Shown here: positions 38,532-51,079 of the stretch, one piece after another
Layout: each line of letters starts with the position of its first letter
Position numbering within the stretch: position 1 is the stretch's first letter
Assembly (NCBI RefSeq): GCF_964355755.1
Contig: NC_092676.1
Location: 8,533,888 to 8,597,887 of the forward strand
DNA from: Antedon mediterranea
Taxonomy: Eukaryota > Animalia > Echinodermata
Direction: 5' to 3'
DNA length: 64,000 bases
Notes under the pieces: model-generated
What the model saw: the letters and a program-made list of their open reading frames with translations, nothing else
Databases searched by the model: none
What the model was told of the DNA's origin: nothing
Translations under genes and position numbers: made by a program

Positions 38532-39082
38532 GTAAGTGAATGGAAAATGAAATGACAAGAATTGGAATAGAAAAATCAATGTTTAAGTGTGTGTTAATAA
38601 AGCTAATGTTGTGTTGGAAAACTGATGTTCTATGAAAAAGGGCTAGACAAAGAAGAAGTGAAACTACACTATAGTTACTGTGTTAAATATAGGCCTACTT
38701 AATTCTACAAAAAAAAAAGTATTTACCTAAAAAGATATCAGAAAATTAGCAGAAAAAACAACTGCCACAGAAAGCCGATGAGGTGTACTTGAAATAAAAC
38801 ATTGACAGAGATAATGTAAATGTCTTTTTGCCGGTAGGTAAAACTTTTTCCATACAGTTGTGTAAAGTGAAATACTGTAGATATAGCAACATATTAAAAT
38901 TAACAGTTAAATATATAATGTCTAGTGTACTATACTGTAGCTTTATCTACTGTACCTGGATAAAGCGACATAGGACTTTCCCTTCTGAGGGAGAATATAA
39001 CTTGAACAGTAGCAAAACACCCCTCCAAGACAGTGGTACAAGAAGTGTGAACATAGTGTTCTTTCTTTCTCTTATTTAATTT

Positions 39083-39530
39083 AAATGTTAAAAATGTTAA
39101 ATGTATTATTACTAGTCCTCAAGTTTAACTGGAAACTGAGGAAATTCGGATTAGGCCCTCCACGGACCCACGGCAGCCAGCTGTGCAGCGCCTACCAGAT
39201 CAGCACACCAGGAGATGATCCCCTACTCTTTTCGAATAGCGTGCACTGTTAAGTACACGGGACCAACGGCTTTACATCCCATCCGAAGGACGAGGCAATG
39301 AGAGTAAAGCATCTTGCCTAAGGATGCAATTAGTATGGTACAGATAACCTCGAACCCATGCCTATCACATGCTAGTCCGATATTACCCTTACACCATCAC
39401 TCTCTGGTGTATATACAGCACCCGCCGCTATTTCTAGACGGTCTCCCATCCAGAACGAAACCGGGCCCAACATTGCTTAACCTTGGTGATCTGACGAGAA
39501 CCGGTGTTTCAACACAGTATGGCCGTATAA
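39083..39530 (-). mobile_element. Chimeric 5S rRNA + tRNA-headed SINE with Deu/Nin domain
   Basis: Minus strand: TACGGCCATACTGTGTTGAAACACCGGTTCTCGTCAGATCACCAAGGTTAAGC...GGATGGGAGACCG...GGGTGCTGTA (5S-like), then TGGTGTAAGGGT...GGGTTCGAGG (tRNA-like), then CGGATGGGATGTAAAGCCG...GAAAAGAGTAGGGGA (Deu-like), then (ACATTT)-type tail. Confidence 0.85.
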
Positions 39531-42500
39531 AATTTGTCACACTTCAAATACAAATAATACTAGTAAGCAGGTATCAGAGAAATAATAAATGTGGTAATCA
39601 AATTAATTATAAATAAAGATACTTGTACTTGCTAATCAGAGAAGTGTGAAAGGAGGTCAGTTTTAACAACTTTAAGCTTGACCCCTGTAAAACTTTAGGA
39701 TATGGTACATAACACTACTGTGTACTTCAGTTGTACAGTATAGTATGGATTTAATTTTGTCTTTGTATTTTGCAGAACAGATAAAATATGCATACCAATA
39801 TTTTCTAAACTAGGAATGTACCTGCAATTTGTAATTATCTATAGTATAACTTCATCCTACAGAAAAAAACGTGTTAATTTTAATGTAGTATAGCTTTCGT
39901 TCAAACACGAATGTATCTCATTAATCGCATAAAATTGCATTACATGTATGATTTATCAGTTCACGTTTTAAAATACGTGCTGTGCAATTCTACATTTACA
40001 CCTTTTCAGCTAATGCATGCTTATTTGCTTTTTTTTAAGAAGCCATAGAATTACAAGGTATAATTTTAATAGAGAAACATAGTTATTATCAGGGAGTTGT
40101 AACAACTCCCTTGTTATTATCAACCGATATCTGAGTTTAATATAAAGTTCAAATTAGAAGTTAGTATAGGCCTATGTCCTTATTCTTTGCTGTATACTAA
40201 AAGCTTTTCTGTTAAATGTTTTCACTGTTTTTTTCTGTAATCCAGTAATATTATGGATTCATAATATTCAAACATTATTTTACAGTAATGCAGTAAGTTA
40301 CAGTATACTCCAAATAAAGAGCCAAATTCTATGGCTTAACAAAAATGTGTTCTGTCCCTATTTGGAGTTACACCCATTATTTTAACAGTACAATTTGTTT
40401 TGTAAAACTAGAAAAGTCCACGGTTGTTAACCACCTCAATCTTTATTTTAACGTTTAAGGATATACTACAGTATAGTAGGCCCTATCATGAATTCCATTC
40501 ATTTTGTTACCCCATATGTACAGATAAGGCAATAGCAAAAATGTGTGTAAAGCTCTGTCTACACTATCAAACTAGGTTGACAAAAAAAAGGTGATGTACA
40601 TCACATTTTTTTGTCGCATAAAATTTGATAGTGTAGACAGAGCCTTACAAACAAACATACAAATAATCTCTTTTATAATTTACAGTAGATTTACACTGGA
40701 AAAATATCAATTGATAACTGTCAACAATTTTTGATGGCGATTGATGAGTTTGTGATGTATTCACCTGGCCTTCTAGCCTTGCCTTCTAGCCTTGCCTTTA
40801 ACATGTTATTATAGTGGAATGTATATATTTCATGTGTAGATTTCACAATAATACCTCATGGATTTGATTAGGTACTGATACGTGCATTGTAAAATGTAAC
40901 ATAATGCATCAATGATCAATTGGTTTTCTTCTGTAGTCAACGTGCAAAATCTTGCTTTGTTTATACAATTATGTAAAAATATTAGGCTAATGTAAACTAG
41001 TAATATTTAGGTTAAAGAATTATGAATTTGTTAGATGGCAGTGAATAAACATTTTCAGGTACATACAGTATGTAAGACTTAGAGGTTGTAAACTTTCAGT
41101 CCTTTTCGGTTGGTTCCTATCTCTTTAAATTACTTTATTTGTACAGTGCAGTTGCCATATTATTTATTTTATGATGAAAGGTATATTGAAAGGCAAGTTG
41201 AGTAAGAATAGAATATATATTTGATTCTTTCTCAACTTGCTATGATTAATTTCAGTAGTCTTGATATTTTTTGTAGAAAATACCAGGAGTTGTTTACGTG
41301 CTGATCAGCACGATCATGACTCGAGTCATTTCAGATTCACCATTGATAAACTTGCAGGCTTCATTCATTTCACTAGTATCGTCAGTCTTTTAGACAGGTT
41401 TCATTATTAGTTCAATATCCCTTGCCAGAGACAGATCCAGAATTTTAAAAATACTTAGGGACAATGAAATAAGATTTTTTGTTTTTATAACTTCTCCGAA
41501 TATATTTCCCGCTTTGAATCTGCCCCTTCCAGGCGTTTGAAACTAACTGTAGCTGGAAGCAAAGCTGACTTAGCATTAATACTAGCCTTCATTCAGTACA
41601 TTATCACGAGGCTTTTATCGCTTGGCCACTAATCTGACAAAGATGAGTAAAGTAGCGATGGCCTTGAAACCCCTAGATAACTATTGTCAGTGTCGTGTGC
41701 CATAATTTTAATGGCATTGTGCTAATAACAATTCTGGTGATATTATCAGTAGTTTGTTTTTCCAGAGGATTCAGTCGCTATACATTATTAAAATATGAAC
41801 TATTGCTTTTTACAGTCATGGTATTAAAGGATTTATTTAAAAATTTGAAACTATCTTTGTTCTTTCTCGTTTTAATTACGACATTTTTTTTGTATTTCAA
41901 AAATTATTGGAAAAACATGTACAGTATGTCTTTATATTATTCGAAGGAGCAATGGTTTATTGTCCCTATTCTTTTTATCTTAATATTGCTGAAATTGAGT
42001 TGTTGTACGTGTCATGTAGACAAAGTGATATGTTACAATCTAAAGCTCTATCTATACTATCAAACTTTATGTGACAAAACATTATGATATACCTATATAA
42101 ATGGATATGGTGATGAAATATCACTACCATACTTAAGCATATCACTACCATACTTGGTCACATCACTTTTTTTCTCTAACTCGTTTAAATAATAGTCTAG
42201 ACAGAGCCTTACAGTATTTATTCTTTGCTAAAAAGGAGGTTGTGAAACCACAGTTATAATTGGAATGATTTTCTAACATATGTCAGCAAAAACTTGTCTT
42301 TTATCATGTATAATATGACAACATTAAAAAAACAGATTTTCATTTATTTTTGTTAAATATTTATTTATTTTTTTCCATCATATTTGTTGTGATTTTCCAA
42401 TTTATTACTTATTTACAAAGACATATATACAATTAACATTTGTGAAGAAACAAGGTTTTGAAGAAAAGCGATTTTTAACATAAAAGTAAGACAGTATCTA

Positions 42501-44084
42501 CCACAACAGTAATATTTTTCACGCTGCTGCTCTAGCCCGCTACGTCACACGAGATGACTCATTAATTAGATGAAATCAAGCAGCAGTTATAGTACTACAC
42601 TTTGACATTTTTGTTAAAATGGAAACTCCACTATAATTTATAGGTAGCAGCTGCATTTCTGGTATTTATCCCATGTCCCATGATAATACTGTATTTCGCT
42701 GTCAGATAATCATTGAATTATTATCAAAACAGTCCATGAATGTTTTTGTTTGTAATATGATACTTCACACTTGAAGTAACGCATAATGAAGTAAGCAGTT
42801 AGCAATAAAATAAACTAAATTGAGTTTCATATCAAAGTTATTCACTTCTGTAACAAAATTCACATTATAGAAAGAGAAAAGAAACGTTTAATTATAACTC
42901 AAAAACCACATTGTCTGACAGACAATTGAAGTATTTTTTGCTTTTAATTACATTTTTTCAGGTAAAATAACTATTATGTGACAATAAAATGACACATTCA
43001 AAAACAAATTTGAAATAAAAAATATTTTTCAGAGGGACAATATATCTTTAAAACCGTTACGTCAATAAGCGAGCAGCGTTTTTTGTAAGAAATATTTCTT
43101 GTTTATACATGCTCTCTGTAGGCATCACCACAAAACATGGTTATATTCAACATGTCTGAGTTGAAGTTTAATTGGTTAATGGATAAAATATATAAAAGAT
43201 GAAACTCAATCAAAATTCAATATAAATAAGGAAGTGGAAATTGATGAAAGTAGAGACAAACTATTGAATTGGATTGTAGAAATGTTTGTATATGAAATAA
43301 ATATTCAAGATCTTCAAAAAATAGTATGAAATAAAAGATGTATTTATAGATTGCTTTCCACTTATTGCTTATCCAAAAGATATAGAGTTAATCCTGCAAT
43401 GCATATCTGTGGCAGGGAAATTACTTCTTTCAGTTTCCACTTACTGTACCTCATGTACAGTACCTGTATATGCATGCAAATAGTCACTGATTGATTTTAA
43501 TTGATTATACCCTGGTAACAAATAATTAAACGTGTATATTTTGTATTAAAATAAAAGTGAAAAGAAAAGGTGGTGGTAAGTTGGTATGCACACACTAGCG
43601 AGCAAGGTGATGGACTTTCCCATTGTCTGGTAGGAGAGTTCCACTAGAAATTCCTATCAAATTTGTCCCTCACTTTGTGGTGAAGACTGATATTGGTTTA
43701 TCCATGTGTAAATGGCACTCGTAGTTGGTTCATATAGTATCTTGATTGTACTGTATGTATAAACATATTGTATATAAACTATGATTTATGATATATTATC
43801 AATGTTATACAGTAGTACTACTATACAGTTTAAGTATCTAAAAAAAATGTGAAAATTCAGATGTGAAGTAAATGGAATTCAAGCCATTCATTTGGGATTG
43901 AATTGTTATTGTAATATCATCATGTGCTGTAATAACACTAATTCATTACTTTTAATGTATTTGTGTATTAGACAAAGACATTGACTTATTGAAAATATTC
44001 AGTTGTATTGTAACTGGGAAATGAAATTGGGATTTAGCAGTTTTAATGACAACGTCCACCTGATTCTCTACAGGCCTATACATC

Positions 44085-44522
44085 TGTAGCAGACCTACCA
44101 CATAGCTTTTAAACAATTCAACATTTACTTTTAATTTGATTATTTATACATCCTCTATATATCTCTTTATTTAACCTCACATTGACAGGTTACCTTCCTG
44201 TTACCTTCACTTTTCTAACTAATGGATTTTAAGAATGTTAATGACTCTAACAGAAAACCACATTAATTCTCTTAATCCTAATTGGTCAGATGAGATGGGC
44301 CAAGCCCAATATTACCATGCACTGACCACATTATTAACACACTCTTTTCTCAACCAGCATCTTAGCTACACCGTTTATTGCTCTGTCTTATCAAACATTG
44401 TATATTGTATATTTTATCTATTTATTGAGAATCCTCACTTGATTCACTTGGAATAAATTGCATAGTTTACTGTATACATTTAGTAGTTGTTTTATTTTAC
44501 CGTTGCGCCGACAATTACTAAA
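44085..44522 (+). repeat. 5' LTR (438 bp)
   Basis: Starts TGTAG, ends CTAAA; CCAAT boxes and AATAAA (44452-44457); near-identical to 48662-49080. Confidence 0.95.
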
Positions 44523-44562
44523 GTGGTGACCCTCGACTATCTTATACCGAATTTAACTTAAA

Positions 44563-45495
44563 ATGGAAGGACAACAGCAACAACGACAGCTACCGCAACC
44601 TCCAGCACAACCCCAGCACCAGGAACAACCTGTGGTGCCCGCTCCTGACGCAGCAACCGTCAACAGGCCAATTTCTTCGGTAGCGTTGAAACTGCCTCCA
44701 TACTGGCCCAATGATCCGATATTGTGGTTCACCCAAGTGGAAGCACAGTTCACAACGCGTGGGATTACAGTAGATGCTACAAAATACGCTTACTTAGTCG
44801 GATCATTGCAACCTGAAATTGCGCAGGAAGTTCGGGATCTACTTCTCAACCCGCCTACTGATAACAGGTATGTGAACTTGAAAGATACCTTAATACGTCG
44901 GACAACGGACTCCGACCAACAGCGCCTCCGCCAACTCCTGACGGCCGAGGAGTTGGGGGATAGGAAACCGTCGCAATTATACCGACGGATGTTACAACTC
45001 TTAGGCGACAGGCCACTTGAATCTTCAATTATGAAACAACTATTCTTAAGTCGCCTCCCAACTAATGTACACCTTATTCTAGCTTCAACCAAGGATGAGT
45101 TGGACCTGGGAAGCTTGACATCATTGGCTGACAAAATTATTGAAGTATCTGTAACTGCAACTGCGCCAACAAGTGTATCGGCAGTACACACGGACAATAC
45201 ACCCTCCTTGTCTGCGACCCTTGAAAACCTGCAAAAACAGATTCAACAACTGTCAACGCAAGTTAATTCCTTGCAATCTGACCGACGGCACAACAGATAT
45301 CAAAGTCGCAGCACAAGTCGACATCGAAATCGATCGAGTGGTAGGCATTCATCTCCTGCTCAACCTAACAGTACCAATCGCTCAGCTCAACATTCAAACA
45401 ACACTCCTCAACTCTGTTGGTACCATGAAAAATTTGGAGTAAATGCTCGAAAATGCAATCCGCCGTGTTCGGAAAACTCCAACGCCGACAACTAA
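44563..45495 (+). CDS. gag: Retrotransposon Gag
   Basis: [21 protein letters not shown] capsid-type motif, [12 protein letters not shown]-rich linker, Zn-binding CWYH-X9-C-X3-C. Confidence 0.93.
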   Translation: MEGQQQQRQLPQPPAQPQHQEQPVVPAPDAATVNRPISSVALKLPPYWPNDPILWFTQVEAQFTTRGITVDATKYAYLVGSLQPEIAQEVRDLLLNPPTDNRYVNLKDTLIRRTTDSDQQRLRQLLTAEELGDRKPSQLYRRMLQLLGDRPLESSIMKQLFLSRLPTNVHLILASTKDELDLGSLTSLADKIIEVSVTATAPTSVSAVHTDNTPSLSATLENLQKQIQQLSTQVNSLQSDRRHNRYQSRSTSRHRNRSSGRHSSPAQPNSTNRSAQHSNNTPQLCWYHEKFGVNARKCNPPCSENSNADN

Positions 45496-48400
45496 ATGCG
45501 ACGAATGTTGCTGGCCGTCAAATCGTAAGTCGCCTTTTCTTTATTGTTAATCAATTATCCAAACAACGTTTCCTCATAGACACTGGGGCAGAAGTTAGCG
45601 TTGTTCCACCTACTCACCATGAGCGTCTACATAGGCGACAAGAGTCTACTTTGACTGCCGCAAATAATACATCTATCAACACTTATGGACATCGCTCTGT
45701 AACCTTAGACTTAGGTTTGAGACGAACATCTCAATGGTTATTTGTTGTCGCAGACGTCACACACCCCATCATAGGGGCTGATTTTTTAAGACATTTTGGA
45801 CTGTTAGTCGATATGAATAATCGACGACTCATTGACACTACCACCAACCTGAGTATTCAAGGTGTCGCCTCCAAAACTTCGCCTCTCGGTCTTATATTTA
45901 CCACCCTTGAGGCTAAGTCCAATTGGGACTACATTCTTACAAAATTCCCAAACATTACACGCCCTTGTTATCAGGAAGCGTCGCTAAAACACGATGTGAC
46001 ACATCATATTCAGACCCATGGTCCACCAATTTCGTCACATCCTCGACGGCTCGCACATGACCGCTGCAAAACAGCCAGACATGAATTTGAACACATGATG
46101 CAGCTTGGAATTATACGCCCCTCTAAAAGTAACTGGGCATCACCTTTACATATGGTGCCTAAGAAAACTCCTGGGGATTGGCGTCCCTGTGGGGATTATC
46201 GAGCATTGAACAATGCTACTGTTGCAGATCGGTATCCTATCCCGTACATGCACGATTTTACAGCATCTCTGCACGGATCCACTATATTTTCTAAGATTGA
46301 TCTCGTCCGAGCTTACCATCAGATACCAGTTGAACCTGCTGATGTTCATAAAACAGCAATTACTACACCATTTGGACTTTTTGAATTTGTTAGAATGCCA
46401 TTTGGCCTCCGCAATGCCGCTCAAACTTTTCAACGTTTTATTGATCAGGTAACGCGTGGATTGGATTTTTGCTACGCTTATATCGACGACCTGCTTGTTG
46501 CAAGTTCCAACGCCGAGGAACACGAAACTCATCTTCATCAACTATTCACACGTCTTAATGAGTATGGCGTTGTTCTCAACCCAGCGAAATGCCAATTTGG
46601 AGTTTCGTCACTCGAGTTTCTTGGACATCATGTTGATTCGCAAGGTGTCCGACCACTTCAAGTAAAGGTCGAAGCGATACAAAACTTTCCACAACCAACT
46701 TCTTTACGCAAACTACGTGAATTCCTTGGACTTATTAACTTTTATAGGCGATTTATACCGCAGTGTGCCCAGATTTTACAACCTGTCACAGCTCTACTTG
46801 TTGGGGCAGGTAAGAAACAGGATCTGGTATGGACTGACGCAGCTTTATTGGGATTTAATAATATTAAAGTCGCCCTCGCAAGTGCTACACTTCTCACCCA
46901 TCCGCAGCCAGATGCACCTTTAAGTATCATGGTTGACGCTTCGGATGTGGCCATAGGCGGTATACTACAACAATGCATTGACAACAATTGGCAACCTATT
47001 TCATTTTTCTCACAGAAGTTGAAACCAGCGCAGAGGCGATACAGCACATTTGGTCGTGAACTTTTGGCAGCATACCTTTCAGTTAAACATTTTCGTCATT
47101 CACTTGAAGGACGCTCATTTCATATTTTTACTGACCATAAGCCACTTGTGTATGCTTTACTCGCCAAACCAGATCGTCACTCGCCACGCGAAATCCGTCA
47201 TCTCGATTTCATATCTCAATTCACAACGGACATACGCCATGTGAGTGGAAAAGCTAATGCAGCAGCTGATGCATTGTCGCGAATCGAACTTAATACTTTC
47301 AGTCACAACACAACTAACATTGTTGATTTTAGTCTTATTGCTGCTGCACAAAAGAATGACGATGAATTGCACAAGCTACTTGAATCACCGTTTTCACTAC
47401 AATTTCAAAACTTTCCAATTCCAACTTCTGACTCTACAATTCTTTGTGATATTTCCAAAGGCAATCCACGTCCATATATCCCACAAGAATTCAGACGCAT
47501 AATATTTGACACTCTACATTCGCTATCACATCCTGGTATACGAGCAACACAACGTTTAATTACTGACCGTTTCGTATGGCCAGCAATCAATCGTGATGTA
47601 CGACGATGGTCTCAAACATGCATTCAATGTCAACGTTCCAAAGTACACCGGCACACCGTTTCGCCACTGTCTACTTTTTCTACACCTGACGCCCGTTTTG
47701 ACCATGTACATATAGATATTGTTGGACCTCTCCCTCCGTCAAATGGTTTTTCTTATTTACTCACTTTTATCGATCGTTTTACTCGATGGCCCGAAGCCGT
47801 ACCTATTCCGGATATCACAGCCGATACTGTCGCACACGCATTTGTCAATCGATGGATCGCTTCATTCGGAATACCTTCAACCATTACAACAGATCGAGGA
47901 AGACAATTTGAATCTGCATTATTTCATTCACTCGCCAACTTACTAGGAACTAAGCACATTCATACAACTGCCTACCATCCTATTGCGAACGGACTTGTAG
48001 AACGTTTTCATCGACATTTGAAGGGTTCTCTCAAAGCACATAATGATCACACTAAATGGACAGAACATTTACCTATAGTACTTTTAGGCATTCGTACAGC
48101 CCTTAAGGCTGATCTAGGTCATAGTGCAGCTGAACTTGTTTATGGCACTACTTTAAGATTACCTGGACAATTCTTTAATTCAAACTCTGAACATTGTGAT
48201 TATTCTAATTATATTGATAGATTGCGTGATAATATGAGTAAACTACGTCCCACACCTACCCGCACCAACTCTAACCGTAAATCCTATATCAATCAAGAAA
48301 TATTTAATTGTACCCATGTTTTTGTGCGAAGGGACTCTGTTCGAAAACCCTTACAACGTCCATATGATGGTCCATTTAAGGTATTAAGTCGAACAGACAA

Positions 48401-48638
48401 ACACTTTGTTCTCGATCTAAATGGTCGACAGGACACAGTCAGTATTGATCGCTTAAAGGTAGCTCATTTGGATACTGATATATTTAAAAGCCAAGAGCAA
48501 ACCCTCACTCCCAAGCTACAAGCATCACCCCTAGTCAAACCAACCAACCCGTCACCCATTTTGGCAACCCCTCCCCGTACTACTCGTTCTGGTAGACATG
48601 TTCATTTCCCTCAACGTTTTGTCTCGTTCTATCATTAA
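45453..48638 (+). CDS. pol: Retrotransposon Pol (protease-RT-RNase H-integrase), in the -1 frame relative to gag
   Basis: LIDTGAEVS (protease), MPFGL and YIDD (RT), DASD and TDHKPL (RNase H), HHCC + D,D35E + GPF (integrase). Confidence 0.97.
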   Translation: MQSAVFGKLQRRQLNATNVAGRQIVSRLFFIVNQLSKQRFLIDTGAEVSVVPPTHHERLHRRQESTLTAANNTSINTYGHRSVTLDLGLRRTSQWLFVVADVTHPIIGADFLRHFGLLVDMNNRRLIDTTTNLSIQGVASKTSPLGLIFTTLEAKSNWDYILTKFPNITRPCYQEASLKHDVTHHIQTHGPPISSHPRRLAHDRCKTARHEFEHMMQLGIIRPSKSNWASPLHMVPKKTPGDWRPCGDYRALNNATVADRYPIPYMHDFTASLHGSTIFSKIDLVRAYHQIPVEPADVHKTAITTPFGLFEFVRMPFGLRNAAQTFQRFIDQVTRGLDFCYAYIDDLLVASSNAEEHETHLHQLFTRLNEYGVVLNPAKCQFGVSSLEFLGHHVDSQGVRPLQVKVEAIQNFPQPTSLRKLREFLGLINFYRRFIPQCAQILQPVTALLVGAGKKQDLVWTDAALLGFNNIKVALASATLLTHPQPDAPLSIMVDASDVAIGGILQQCIDNNWQPISFFSQKLKPAQRRYSTFGRELLAAYLSVKHFRHSLEGRSFHIFTDHKPLVYALLAKPDRHSPREIRHLDFISQFTTDIRHVSGKANAAADALSRIELNTFSHNTTNIVDFSLIAAAQKNDDELHKLLESPFSLQFQNFPIPTSDSTILCDISKGNPRPYIPQEFRRIIFDTLHSLSHPGIRATQRLITDRFVWPAINRDVRRWSQTCIQCQRSKVHRHTVSPLSTFSTPDARFDHVHIDIVGPLPPSNGFSYLLTFIDRFTRWPEAVPIPDITADTVAHAFVNRWIASFGIPSTITTDRGRQFESALFHSLANLLGTKHIHTTAYHPIANGLVERFHRHLKGSLKAHNDHTKWTEHLPIVLLGIRTALKADLGHSAAELVYGTTLRLPGQFFNSNSEHCDYSNYIDRLRDNMSKLRPTPTRTNSNRKSYINQEIFNCTHVFVRRDSVRKPLQRPYDGPFKVLSRTDKHFVLDLNGRQDTVSIDRLKVAHLDTDIFKSQEQTLTPKLQASPLVKPTNPSPILATPPRTTRSGRHVHFPQRFVSFYH

Positions 48639-48661
48639 TTCTTTCACTGGAAGGGGGCTCC

Positions 48662-49080
48662 TGTAGCAGACCTATCACATAGCTTTTAAACAATTCAACA
48701 TTTACTTTTAATTTGATTATTTATACATCCTCTATATATCTCTTTATTTAACCTCACATTACCTTCACTTTTCTAACTAATGGATTTTAAGAATGTTAAT
48801 GACTCTAACAGAAAACCACATTAATTCTCTTAATCCTAATTGGTCAGATGAGATGGGCCAAGCCCAATATTACCATGCACTGACCACATTATTAACACAC
48901 TCTTTTCTCAACCAGCATCTTAGCTACACCGTTTATTGCTCTGTCTTATCAAACATTGTATATTGTATATTTTATCTATTTATTGAGAATCCTCACTTGA
49001 TTCACTTGGAATAAATTGCATAGTTTACTGTATACATTTAGTAGTTGTTTTATTTTACCGTTGCGCCGACAATTACTAAA
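48662..49080 (+). repeat. 3' LTR (419 bp)
   Basis: By eye, differs from the 5' LTR by one C/T substitution and a 19-bp indel. Confidence 0.95.
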
Positions 49081-49226
49081 CATCTATATATGACATTAGA
49101 TACCTAGTATCATGCAAATTCATACATGATACAGTGTATCACATCAATTTTGGTTTATGCTAAGATTATATGGTCCATGTGGATTATGCCTATGATACAG
49201 GCCTCACATGTATACTGATACTGTAT

Positions 49227-49623
49227 TACCGTAAATCTTCTAATTGTAACCCTGGGTTATTATTCTTTGATTGTTTTTTTAGGGAGGGTTACTATTAGAA
49301 GGGGGTTACTGTTAGAGTAGTGGGTTACTAATAGGCCTACTAATTTTAAAATACATAGTAACCCACCCCAACTTTTCTGGTCAGCAAATAATAAAACAGT
49401 ACGAATAAACAAATTTCGTTGAAGTCTAACTTTATTTTATAAACTCAAAAACACTCAATCCTTCCCTACTCCTAAGATCAACATGCATTATCTCCTCATT
49501 CTCAAAATATGGCTGCATCATTTTTAGTGGGTTATTATTATAGATTGACTTATAAGGTGGGTTACTATTAGAAATGGGGTTACTATTAGAGTGTGGGTTA
49601 ATACTATTTGAAGATTTACGATA
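49227..49623. mobile_element. Tc1/mariner-type MITE
   Basis: TACCGTAAATCTTCTAATTGTAACCC / GGGTTAATACTATTTGAAGATTTACGATA termini, with subterminal GGGTTACTATTAGA repeats. Confidence 0.7.
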
Positions 49624-51079
49624 CAGGATTTGCTTATATTGAATGTTGATGAGTGATACTGAAGGTGTTACAGATACATTACCGAGAATCGGCTATTATA
49701 TCTTGGCACTTAATTTTTAAAATAATTTTTAGCACAAAATTACACACTGGTTCCTACTTGTTGCTGTGTAGTACCTAGAGTAGTTATTGTGTGTATGTAC
49801 TTTGGGATTGAGTAGCTTTACATTATGTCCCATCTGAAAAACAACGCAATGAGAGCAGGGAGCTGTAAACATCTTCCTGATGAGAGTAAAGCAAAATGAT
49901 TAAAACAGGTATCAAAGTCATGCATTCTCGAATCCAATTCCAATTTCTAACCATTATGCCGTCATAGCTCTTTATAAATGCATGTTTGAGATATTCCTTT
50001 TTATTTTCTGTTGCTTTGTGTAAGAAGCTTTCTAAAAACTAAGTGTCTCTGCCCTTGAATACATAACAGTAGGTTCAATTTAAAATTAGCGCATGGACAG
50101 ACAGTGTGGATACAAATGCAATATGCACATTTTAAAGAGGGTTTGATAACAATTCAGGCAAACATACAGACAAGACCAATAATGATTTTATCTTCCATTC
50201 GAAGGGTGAGTAAAAATATATTTAAAAAAAATTATCTTAAATGCCACAAACTTGTTGTTGAAAAAGACATGAAACCTAAACTCCTTGACTATTAAATTTG
50301 AATAAAAAAAATTGAAACCAATGCTTAGAAATACATATCAATTCACTGAGCTGTGGCAATGTATGGAATGCATAATTTCTCGTCTCTGCGGCATCAAAAT
50401 TGAAAAGCGAAGTTATACATTACTGAATAAATTTAATGTATGCAAAAAAATAATTGGTAACCACAGAACCTTTTACAAAACATTTGATGTATCGTTTCTG
50501 ACATGGTTATTATTAGTGTATGATTTCTAAGAGTGAGTTGTCATGGATACCATGTAATTAGAAAAAGGTTTTGACACTGGAGCAGAGTGTATATAGAGGT
50601 AGGGAGCCATGGGTTAAAATTATTTTTAGCAAACAAGCTGTGATGTATATTACATAAAGATCTTTACATAAATGATACAAACATTAAAATTGGCATGATG
50701 AATTTAGAAAAATTACTGCAGTGTACCTATAGCAAAATAAGTACTTAAGTATTTTATAGCAAGTAAGCTACTGTATGTATCGTAGATAAATCATTAAATT
50801 TAACAAAATGACAATGTGGCACATTCAATCGAAATCAGACATAAGTTGGATTTTTTTTGACTATACAAATGTACCCATGCAACTTATGTCTGATTTCACT
50901 TGAGTGTGCCACATGTATTGTTAGTCATAAACTTGAAGAAATACCGACTTGAAAATCAAAAGCTGAGCATTTAAAGAAAGAAATTACAGAGATATTATAG
51001 TATGAAGAGGAAACTCTAAGGACACATCATATTTAGCAAATTTTCTACAATGAAATGAAATCAGTAGATGTAGGACTAT

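Larger units (their letters stand above)
44085..49080 (+). mobile_element. Full-length Ty3/Gypsy LTR retrotransposon, apparently intact
   Basis: LTRs 44085-44522 and 48662-49080, TSD CATC (44081-44084, 49081-49084), PBS TGGTGACCCTCGAC at 44524, PPT GGAAGGGGG at 48649, gag and PR-RT-RH-IN pol frames open. Confidence 0.97.

Noticed and set aside
39410-39530. Functional 5S rRNA gene
   Set aside because: Diverged from 5S consensus in the internal control region, has no oligo-T terminator, and continues into a SINE body
44235-44456. 73-aa ORF duplicated at 48793-49014 as an accessory or env gene
   Set aside because: Lies wholly within the LTRs, so the duplication is trivial; no recognisable motif
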